This document shows positions 52,400-64,000 of a stretch of 64,000 nt of DNA, in pieces. Each line of letters starts with the position of its first letter. Position 1 is the stretch's first letter. Both the position numbers and the translations under genes were made by a program. The notes beneath the pieces are model-generated. The model had not been told where the DNA came from. It ran no database searches and worked only from the letters and a program-made list of their open reading frames with translations. This stretch comes from the human T2T-CHM13v2.0 reference genome, Homo sapiens, in assembly GCF_009914755.1 (NCBI RefSeq), contig NC_060943.1; one strand, given 5' to 3'.

Positions 52400-53269
52400 T
52401 CAGTCCATTCCTCCTCACTCTGGCCTCAGACCTGACCACGATCCTCCCCAGCTCACACCCCATATAGCTGTCTCCCTTCACTTTAAGCTTGGGATTCACT
52501 TGACCCTCCCCCTTAACATACTATTTGTGTCCATCCCCTTCCACCTCTGGAGGACTTTGCTCATGCTCTTTCCACCTTATTCTACCTGTTGAACTCCTAT
52601 TCATCCTTCAAAATCCAACTCCCAAACCCTCTTCCATTGAGTCCTGTGTGCCTCTGACATTCCGCCAGTACTGGGTCCCTCCCTCTGGTCCAGCCCTGAG
52701 CCCACGGAGCCTGCGTTCAGTGCTGACTCTCCTAGACTAGGACCCCCTGGAAGATTGGCCCTAGGTGAAGACCCCTTTGATTCCCCCAGCATTGTCCAAG
52801 GGAGTACCCACTGGGTTCCCTTCTACCTTCAGTTCTGATGACTTTGGAACTTGTCCCTCATTGGACTCACAGTCCGTTCAGCTCAAGTATTTTGTGTGTC
52901 TGTGTTTGAGGGACGCGGGTTGGGGGTGAGTGGGGTACCCTGGAAAGAGGCAGACAGGGTCCAGGGAGAAGGCCTGGAGCTGACAGACTGGGGATTGAAT
53001 CCTGTCTCTGCCACCAACTAGCACTGTCCTGGGCAAGGCTCTAACCTCTCTGAGCCTGTTGTCCATCTGCTGGTAATAGCTGTCTCCCTTGGGGTTTTTA
53101 GGAAATTAAATTAGAGACTCCTGAGAACTCTTCAACTAAGCACCTGCCACAGAAAATGTCCAGTAAAGGAGAGCTGCTGCTATTATTGTTGTTATTTGTT
53201 ATTGTTAGGGAGGTCAGCAAGCAAGGGCCCTGAAATCTCACCTAGAATCTTCTAAAGAGAACTGGAAAA

Positions 53270-54130
<861 letters not shown>

Positions 54131-54194
54131 CAGATATGGGGGCTCTACCCCAACCAACCTTCTAAATGCCTGCAGGCCAACTTGATTTGGTTTA

Positions 54195-54659
<465 letters not shown>

Positions 54660-54758
54660 CTAGGGGCAGAAGGGGGCCTCTGGGGAAGGTGTCTCTGGGG
54701 AGGGGAACGTGGGAAGACTCGGGTGGGGGTCGGGGAATCAGAAGGGTCCAGGGGCTCA

Positions 54759-55208
<450 letters not shown>

Positions 55209-55404
55209 CTAGACTCCCCCCCGCCCTCAGTCCTGCCCCAGATCCCGCCTCATTCCCCCCCACCCCAAAACCCGAGGCTCGCTGCCCCGCCCCCTTCTGG
55301 CCCTGGCCCGGGCCGGGGATAGGGGGGTGGGGAAGAGCTGGAGGAGCGGCGGCAGCAAGGTTACCCGTGCGCCAGGAGACTGCAGCAAACCGGGCCGGGG
55401 CGGG

Positions 55405-56125
55405 CAGGGAGGGGGGAGAGCTGGAGAGAAAGAGGGAGAGACGCGGGGAGAGAACAGGGACAGAGAGAAAGGCAGGGAGAGGCAGAGAAGAGAGTGCGCG
55501 ACACAGAAAAAGGGGAAGGGAAGAGAGAGAGGCAGAGATGGAGAGGGAGAGACAGATGGAAAAGAAGAGACAGATGTAGAGGGAGAGACAGAGATGGAGA
55601 GGGAGAGACAGAGAGGCAGAGGGAGAGACAGAGGGGCAGAGGAAGATACAGAGATGGAGAGGGAAAGACAGAGATGGAAAGGGAGAGACAGAGAGGAAGA
55701 GACAGAGAAGCAGAGGGAGAGAGAGAGAGGCAGAGGAAGAGACAGAGATGGAGAGGGAGAGACACAGATGGAGAGGGAGAGACAGAGAGGCAGAGGGAGA
55801 CAGAGAGGCAGAGGGAGAGACAGAGAGGCAGAGGGAGCGACAGAGAGGGAGAGGGAGAGACAGAAAGGGAGAGGGAGAGACAGGAGAGTGCCAGAGGCAG
55901 AGAGACTCAGAGAAGAGGAGGGAGAGATAGGGACAGGGAAAGACAGAAACGGAGAGGAGAGGAAAAAGGCAGAGAGGATGACAGAGATGGAGAGAGGCAG
56001 GGAGAAATGGAGAGGGAGAGAACCTAGAGTGCCAAAAAGAGAGATCAAAGAGGGTGAGAGACAGAGAAAAGGAAGAGACAGAAGAAACTCAGAGGGATAT
56101 AGATTCAGAGGCAGAGAGATATAGA
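55405..56125. repeat. GA-rich purine tract with GAGAGGGAGAGACAGAGATG-like units in HAPLN4 intron 1
   Basis: Direct reading. Confidence 0.95.
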
Positions 56126-56139
56126 ATCCAAGATTGGGG

Positions 56140-56420
56140 AGACGGGGCACACACCACCCGCGCCCGCAGCCCCACTTACCATCTTGCCCGCGCGGCCCCC
56201 GCCGAGCGGCCCCTACGCACCCGGACTGCGCTCCCCGCACACCCGGTTAAGACTGGGCAGGTCCCTGCAGGCGGCGCAATCCCGGCGTCTGCCTGCAAGG
56301 GGAGGAGGAAGGCGGGCGAGGCGGGGTGTATTAAAGGGGCCGCGGGGGCCCACGCTCCCCTGGAGCAGTGGCTGGAGCGCGGGCGGAGAAAGAAGCGCTC
56401 TGGACTTGGAGTGCAGAGCT
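56140..56420 (-). promoter_or_regulatory. HAPLN4: HAPLN4 CpG-island promoter and 5' UTR with TATA-like TTTAATA and GC box
   Basis: CpG-dense; minus strand GCGGCCCCTTTAATACACCCCGCC about 150 nt upstream of the ATG. Confidence 0.7.
56180..56182 (-). CDS. HAPLN4: HAPLN4 exon 1 coding part: start codon only
   Basis: Minus strand GGCAAGATG|GTAAGT; phase 0 joins to exon 2 GTG. Confidence 0.9.
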
Positions 56421-56856
56421 AGTTCCCTCACCCTGCTAGCTGAACTTAGGCCAGGGAAGAACCTCTCTGAGCCTCAGTTTAACCATCTTTGAAATGGAGG
56501 AGGGGGCTGAGTCTTCTATCTTGGTTACTGTGCTTTGGCAGGGGACCTGGGGGATCTGGTGAAAGAGATCATTTGGCCTGCAGGCCACCTGTCCATTGGG
56601 TAGTCATAGTGGAGTCCTGGTCTCCAGCACCCCAAAGGCGCTCCCTGTGCAGGGTGGGGGCCTCACGATAGTCACACTCTGCTGTGGACTGGAGCCACAG
56701 GCCCCAATTCAAGTCTGCCCCTCACTGGCTGTGAGACCTTGGAGGAGACAGTTGGCCTCTCTGAGCCTGCTGCTGACTCTTTGGTGAAGATCCAGTAGCT
56801 AGACATACAGTAGATCTCCGGTAGGGGTTGGGAGGGGCAAGAAAAAGGGACATCTA

Positions 56857-57190
56857 GGCCGGGCGCGGTGGCTCACGTCTGTAATCCCAGCACTTTGTGA
56901 GGCCAAGATGGGAGGATCACCTGAGGTCAGGAGTGCGAGGCCAACCTGACCAACATGGAGAAACTCTGTCTCTACTAAAAATACAAAATTAGCCAGGTGT
57001 GGTGGCACATGCCTGTAATCCCAGCTACTCAGGGGGCTGAGGCAGGAGAATTGCTTGAACCCAGGAGGTGGAGGTTGTGGTGAGCCAAGATCGTGCCATT
57101 GCATATCAGCCGGGGCAACAAGAGTGAAAACTCCGTCTCAAAAAAAAAAAAAAAAAAGAAAAAGAAAAAGAAAGAAAGAAAAGGAAAAGG
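56857..57190 (+). mobile_element. Alu with target-site duplication AAAAGGGACATCT
   Basis: Full Alu flanked by the same 13-mer on both sides. Confidence 0.9.
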
Positions 57191-57835
57191 GACATCTGGT
57201 CAAGGTCCCTGACTTACTCCAGGCCCAAGTCGCCCCTAAACCTGGCCTTTCACCCAATTTCAAAAAATCAAACAATAGCAAACAGTGAGTCTTTCTCCTA
57301 ACACCTTGGCTTCCTTCCAGGACTCAGTTTCCCCTAAAATGAGCCCAACCCGACCAGATAGGAGAGGCAGAGTTGTGGTTTCTGTGGTCCAACAGGCTGG
57401 GGCTCCATCTCTTAGCTCAGCCATGCCTTGGGGACTGAGCGGGGGAATGATCTCAGACCAGGACCTTCACCTCCTGCAGCCTTGGTTTCCCCATCTGGAA
57501 TATGGAGTGAGATCCAGCATGTAGCAGTCAAGGTATACAGTAGGTGCTTAATAAATGTATCATGCTATTAGTTATGATTTATTGGTAGAGCAGGAACTTT
57601 TCTCTCTGGCCATGACCTTGGGCAGGTCTCTTGTCCATACTGAGCCTCGGTTTTCCCATCTGGAAGATGAGCCGTGCATACCAACCAGAGGCCGCCTTCT
57701 GCTATCCCAGCACCTCTCACTCCTGGCAACCACGATGGCAGTGATAGGTGGGCCCTCATGGGGGCCAAGAAGAGGATCCCTTGCCCCTGCACCCTGAAAC
57801 ACTTAGGCAGTGATATTTTGGAAATTGAAAGGGTT

Positions 57836-57841
57836 TTTACT
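57836..57841 (-). terminator. TM6SF2: Candidate non-canonical TM6SF2 poly(A) signal AGTAAA (a canonical AATAAA lies further downstream at 57578-57583)
   Basis: TTTACT on + about 275 nt past the stop, followed by U-rich sequence on minus. Confidence 0.5.
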
Positions 57842-58113
57842 GAAAGGATCCATGGGGGGATGATGGGTAAGTTCTGGAAGGGGTAGAAGCGTTTGTGTGG
57901 GAGTTGGAGCATGGTGACAGCTGTGGGAGGCTCTCCTTGCAGGAACACTTGGTCGTTGGTCTCCATCCCACCCACTGGACTGAAACTACCATAGCCAAGA
58001 CTAAAGACACCCGGAGATGTCCCTCCTGTCTCTAAAACACCCAACCCCCGCTTCCCCAGGTAGGGCTGACTGGGCACGTAAACAGAGTCCTGGGTCCTGA
58101 GTCCACAGCTCTC

Positions 58114-58323
58114 TCAATGCTGCTTCTTGTGGAGGGCTAGGGGGTCGGAGGGTGGTGGCTGGTGGAAGAATGCGGGCCACTGAAGGCAACGGTAGGCCAG
58201 CAGGTGGGGGCCCAGCGCATACAGCAGATTGCACACGAAGAAGCAGCCCCAGGTGTCCTCAGGCACACGGTAGGTGAAGGGTGTGCGCAGGTGCATGGAA
58301 GCCCCCATGTGCGAGAACTGTGC
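58114..58323 (-). CDS. TM6SF2: TM6SF2 exon 10, ends ...LALHKKQH* (KKxx ER-retrieval motif)
   Basis: cag|GCACAGTTC; AQFSHMGASMHLRTPFTYRVP...; TGA at 58114-58116. Confidence 0.95.
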   Translation of the reverse strand, partial: AQFSHMGASMHLRTPFTYRVPEDTWGCFFVCNLLYALGPHLLAYRCLQWPAFFHQPPPSDPLALHKKQH

Positions 58324-58663
58324 CTGGTAGCCAGACAGGGAAGATGGATGTCAGGGGCCAGGAAGGAACTGAAATCCCAGCATCACCGACAGCCCCCCAG
58401 GTAGGTCAGGCAGAACCCAGGGGATGCCCATCCCCACCTCTCGGGCTTTGCTCATCTATCTGTTTCCCATCTCCAGTCCATCTATCTGTTTTTTTTTTTT
58501 TTTTTTTTTGAGACACAGTCTCATTCTGTTGCCCATGCTGGAGTGCAGTGGTGCAATCTCGGTTCACTGCAACCTCCGCTGCCTCCTGGGTTCAAGTGAT
58601 TCTCGTGCTTCAGCCTCCTCTGAGTAGCTGGGACTACAGGCGTGCACCTCTATGCCCAGTTAA

Positions 58664-58974
<311 letters not shown>

Positions 58975-59943
58975 TGATCCTCCAATCTCAGCCTCCCGAG
59001 TAGCTAGCACAGCAGGCACGTGCTACCATGCCCAGCTAATTTTTGTACTTTTTGTAGAGACAGGTTTTTGCCATGTTGCCTAGGCTGGTCTCAGACTCCT
59101 GGGCTCAAGCAGCCCTCCCACCTCGGCCTCCCAAAATGCTGGGATTACAGGTGTGAGCCACCTCACCTGGCCTTCTGTCTGTAAAGATTCCTGCCCTTAC
59201 ATGTCCTGTCTGTCCCTCCCTGTGCTTGTCCACTTGTCTGTGAGTCCCCCCCAACTTGCCTAACCCCATCTCCTGGGCCCTGCACCCCATCTCTCTCTGA
59301 CCTGGCTCCAGATCCTCCTCCCAGTCTTCCCCACCCCAGAGGTCTTGGCACAAATCCTGTGGATTCTAAATGTTTTCCTGGTCCCTACTTCCCTGGCCGG
59401 GGCCCAGGATTTAGCACTTTTCATCAGGAACCCAGAAAAAGGCTCCTAGCTCTGACTGGGCCCCTCACTGCTCAAACTCCTCCTCAAACGCCCCATCACC
59501 CTCAGTACAAGCCCCTAGTCCCAGAGTTCAAAGCCTTCAGCATCCAGCTGCCAATTTCTCTTATCTGCCTTTACCTGGGTTATGGCCCTGCTAAGTCACT
59601 CTCTCCCTCTGTGCTTCTCCTTGTGCTGTTCCCATTCCTGGAATGCCCTTCCCTGCCTGGAGAACTCATCCTCGTACATCAAAGCCTAGCTCCTATGCCT
59701 TGCTTCTAGGAAACCTTTCCCCTCTGGAATCCTTCACAGCCCCTGTCCCTATTTTCATGGGGCTTGGAGTGTCTGTATCTGGCTTTGTCTCCCCTAGACT
59801 AGGGAATCCTGGGATATTGGGCCTGGGGCTGGGGCCTCTTGGGGGCTCATCATTACAGTGCCCAGGGAGGACACCAAAGGCATTGATGAGTAGACAGAAA
59901 TTCCCTCCCACATGCCTGCTCACCCACCCATCCGCCACCTCAC

Positions 59944-60063
59944 CTGGCCGATGCCTCCAGCAAACACCAAGGCCCAGTCTGGAAGCCAGGAGCAACCAGG
60001 GAAGGTGAGAGCATAGGCAGCCAGGCCGCAGAAAGGCAGGACATAAAACATGTACATCAGCAT
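59944..60063 (-). CDS. TM6SF2: TM6SF2 exon 9
   Basis: MLMYMFYVLPFCGLAAYALTFPGCSWLPDWALVFAGGIGQ; 120 nt, phase 0-0. Confidence 0.95.
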
Positions 60064-60269
60064 CTGCAGGGGCGGGAGGAGAGGGGCACCAGCCTGTGAG
60101 ATGAGCAGCTACCCCAGGTGGGTCTCCTGAGACCCCTGAGGTGGAGGCCCTGAGGAAGGATCTGGATGGCCTCAGACCCCACCCAGGCTCTCTGCAAAGT
60201 GCTCCTCTATTTCCCTTGGGGATCCTTGCCCCCAACCCCCGAACACATACACCAAACCTACTAACCTTT

Positions 60270-61010
<741 letters not shown>

Positions 61011-61074
61011 CAAAGAGGCCCAGTGGACCCCTACCCATGGCAGGGGTGTGGTCTTCTCCCCGCTCCCCTCTCAC

Positions 61075-61167
61075 CTGCACCTTAGGGTAGGCCACAGGGT
61101 CCCGCAGGTATGGCTCATACTGGTAGATATAGACAAAGCAGGCATCTGTGGGGCAATCAAGCACCAC
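61075..61167 (-). CDS. TM6SF2: TM6SF2 exon 8
   Basis: VVLDCPTDACFVYIYQYEPYLRDPVAYPKVQ; 93 nt. Confidence 0.95.
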
Positions 61168-61439
61168 CTGGAGCAGACAGACATACCAAGAACCCTCAGA
61201 CATACCTCCCACAGGAAGCCTCCCCCACCCTCCCAGGCCCACACCCCTTGCTCTGGCCTCTCCCAGCCCAGCTCAAGTTGGGCTGGCTGGGAGAAATGGG
61301 GCTTTGTCATGGAACACTCAGGTTAGACTTGATGAAGAACTTCCTTGGATGATCAAACAGGAAGGGCAGTGTGGGAGAGGTGGGTCAGGGAAGGGAGACT
61401 GGTGGCAGGGGAGGGGGAGACCAACCAGCGCAGACTCAC

Positions 61440-61541
61440 CAGGCCCCGGAACAGAGTGAAGAAGCCAGCAAGGATGAGATATATGACAAGGGCCAGGTCA
61501 GCCGGACGCTGCAGGAGTCCCTTTCTTTGTTCCTCTTGCAC
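61440..61541 (-). CDS. TM6SF2: TM6SF2 exon 7
   Basis: VQEEQRKGLLQRPADLALVIYLILAGFFTLFRGL; 102 nt. Confidence 0.95.
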
Positions 61542-62083
61542 CTGGCCCAGGGGAGAGAAACAGACAGCATGAGAGGTAGTCAATGACAAGTATTCAGTAG
61601 GTACTCAATAAAGGTTCCTAAGGCTCCTCCCTTCTTTCTTTTTTTCTTTTTTTTCTTTTTTCTTTTTTTTTTTTTTTGAGACAGGGTCTCATTCTGTTGC
61701 CCAGGCTTGAGTGAAGCAGCACAGTCTCAGCTCACTGCAGCCTTAATCTCCTGGGCTCAAGTGATCCTCCCACCTCAGCCTCCCGAATAGCTGGGACCAC
61801 AGGCATGCACCACCACATCTGGCTAATTTTTTAACTTTTTGTAGAGTTAAAAAATCTGGCTGTGTTGCCCAGGCTGGTCTCCAATTCCTGGGCTCAAGCG
61901 ATCCTCATGCCTTGGCCTCCCAAAATGTTGGGATTACAGGCATGAGCCACCGCACCCAGCCCTCCCTTCTTTCTTGTGACAAAGGAGAACCTTCCACAGA
62001 AATTAAGTCTTTGACCAAAAGCAACTGACACGGGGAAAGTTCAGGCACATTGGGACAAGGCCTAAGAGGGGTAAGGCACTCAC

Positions 62084-62208
62084 CATGTTGGCGGTGCAGC
62101 GGGTTAGCGCCCGGGGCTGGCTGAAGACCTTCATGCCAGCCCAGCATGGCACCAGCAGGTAGGGGATGGTGAGGAAGAAGGCAGGCCTGATCTCGGAGCT
62201 GTATTTGC
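62084..62208 (-). CDS. TM6SF2: TM6SF2 exon 6 (contains E167)
   Basis: [42 protein letters not shown]; aag|GC, ATG|gtgagt; 125 nt. Confidence 0.95.
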
Positions 62209-63140
62209 CTTCCATGGTGCAGGAGAGAGGGCATCAGCCATGCCAGAACCCTGCTGGACATCTGTTTGTTTGTTTGTTCTGAGACAGAGTCTTGCTCTGT
62301 CACCCAGGCTGGAGTGCAGTGATGCAATCTTGGCTCACTGCAACCTCTGCCTCCCAGGTTCAAGCAATTCTCTTGTCTCAGCCTCCTGAGTAGCTGGGAT
62401 TATACCTGGCTAATTTTTGTACTTTTAGTATAGGCAGGGTTTCACCATGCTGCCCAGGCTGATCTTGATCTCCACGGCTCAAGTGATTGATGAGGCAGGT
62501 GGATTGCTTGAGCCGAGAGTTGGAGACCAGCCTGAGCAACATAAGGATTACAGGCATGAGCCACCACACGTGGCCTCTCTGGCTGGACATCTTGATTCAG
62601 AAATACCATCCTCATTCAAGCTCCACCACCTTCCATGGCTCCCTAGTGCCCACAGGATGATGTCCATACTCCTTAGCCTAGCCTGCCTCAATTTACCTTC
62701 TGAATATGGATCCTACCTTCCAGTGGGTTCTTTGCTTCCTACAAATACACCTTGAGTGTTCCCTTTGCTGAGGTTTTGCCATGCCAACCTCCCAGACTGC
62801 CTTCACTGCTCTACCTCCCAAGACCTACCCCTGAAGCTTTCACCCTGTCCCCAAGATTCACCCTAAAATTCCCTTCCTGTGTCAAGACCATTCTGGGTCA
62901 AACCCCTGGGGCTGGGAACCATTGCCTGGGGAGGAAGCAGAGTTGGGTTCTCCCGCCTTCCAAGAGGAAACAGGGACCGGAAAGGGGTGGGCTGCTGACT
63001 GAGGCTGTGGACACGCAAAGAGGGAGGTGGGGCCTCTGCAGACATCAGGGAAGGGATGGAGGATCCAATGGGGGTGCTTCTAGGTGCAGGGCAGTGACCA
63101 AGCCCAAGAGAACCTGGATTTCCCAAAGCCTTGTCCTTAC

Positions 63141-63223
63141 CAAGAATGTTTCCTGTAAGGAACACCAGGATGCTCATGGCGAAGGAACCCAGCCAGTAGA
63201 GTCCAAACTTCCGGTATCTCTTC
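63141..63223 (-). CDS. TM6SF2: TM6SF2 exon 5
   Basis: RKRYRKFGLYWLGSFAMSILVFLTGNILG; 83 nt. Confidence 0.95.
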
Positions 63224-63626
63224 CTGAGCAGGGGATGGAGGGGTGACCAGCAGGTAGTCACTCCGTAATCTCAGAGCCCCAGCCAGGGCCTGGAGACCAC
63301 CGTGGGTTTCCCAGCTCCGGGTCCCTTTCAGTTTTGCCCAGGATGGAAGGGACAACAGGGAGTTGAACGGGGAAATAACAGTGAGACCCTCTGTCCAAGA
63401 ACAGAAGTGGCTGCCCAGGCACAGGGTGGATGTAAGCAATGCTAGGCCACCACCTACACCTGAGACGTTCCCTGGAACCTTCTCCTGGCCACCCCTGGCT
63501 GGAGCCCTAGAGAGGCGTCCTGATTTCTCCTACAGACACTTCTGGCTCCACCCTGCCCTGGGACCCCATCTGAGGATGCAACTTCTCTCCCAGGGTCAGG
63601 GGCCACCCTCTCCCTGCCTCCTGCAC

Positions 63627-63730
63627 CTTCTGCAGATGGCGCCGGCCATGGCCAGGTAGAGGAGGTAGTGAACAGTGCCATCCCAGTAGCAGATGAAGAC
63701 TCCGTGCGCTGTGCGCAGGTATGGCTCTCC
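63627..63730 (-). CDS. TM6SF2: TM6SF2 exon 4
   Basis: GEPYLRTAHGVFICYWDGTVHYLLYLAMAGAICR; 104 nt. Confidence 0.95.
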
Positions 63731-63798
63731 CTGTGGGGGCAGGTGGGAGACTCAGACGGGCAGTGCGGTAGGGGGCTCCCTGGTCGTCCCCCAAGTAC

Positions 63799-63896
63799 CT
63801 CCTTGGTGTAGAACTCCATGAAGCCCACCACATAGCTGTCTTCCTGAAGAGCGATGATGAGGTCCACAACCGAGGTGAAGGCGAAGACAGCGAAGA
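63799..63896 (-). CDS. TM6SF2: TM6SF2 exon 3 (exons 1-2 lie beyond the window)
   Basis: VFAVFAFTSVVDLIIALQEDSYVVGFMEFYTKE; 98 nt. Confidence 0.95.
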
Positions 63897-64000
63897 CTGC
63901 AGTGAGTGGGCGGGCCGGGTCAGGTGTGGGAGGGGACACGTGTGGGTGGGGCTAGGGCTTAGTGTGGGCGGGGCTTGAAGTTAAGGTCAGGGATGAGATT

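Noticed and set aside
55227-56240. 337-aa and 265-aa ORFs (LSLPL / RERQR repeats)
   Set aside because: Artefacts of the GA-rich repeat in HAPLN4 intron 1
56264-56277. Additional CTCF-like motifs (also near 9233, 54035 and 63629)
   Set aside because: Two or more core mismatches in GC-rich DNA; not distinguishable from chance without ChIP data

Overview
Human (primate) genomic DNA, GC-rich and very Alu-dense, recognisable as the chr19p13.11 NCAN-HAPLN4-TM6SF2 locus. It holds three genes. (1) The complete neurocan gene NCAN (+): non-coding exon 1 near 5.4 kb plus 14 coding exons, 10377-43359. My GT-AG reconstruction gives 3966 nt = 1321 aa; poly(A) signal at 45660. (2) The complete link-protein gene HAPLN4 (-), tail-to-tail with NCAN: 5 coding exons, 1209 nt = 402 aa. 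(3) Exons 3-10 of TM6SF2 (-), whose 5' end lies beyond the window. The rest is Alu/L1/L2/MIR/MER/LTR relics, a U6 pseudogene and simple repeats; most of the ORF track is Alu or low-complexity noise. I see no foreign or novel protein-coding system. The most notable unexplained signals are non-coding: a dense cluster of RFX X-box palindromes in the HAPLN4 3' UTR, a nested inverted-repeat module with competing pairings in the NCAN 3' UTR, a near-perfect REST/RE1 site in NCAN intron 1, and a 17/18-nt core-promoter element shared by NCAN and HAPLN4. Also noted are a NCAN uORF, a CTCF site and KLF motif cluster at exon 6, local templated duplications, and an apparent TM6SF2 K139 allele. All functional claims are motif-level inferences that need data.
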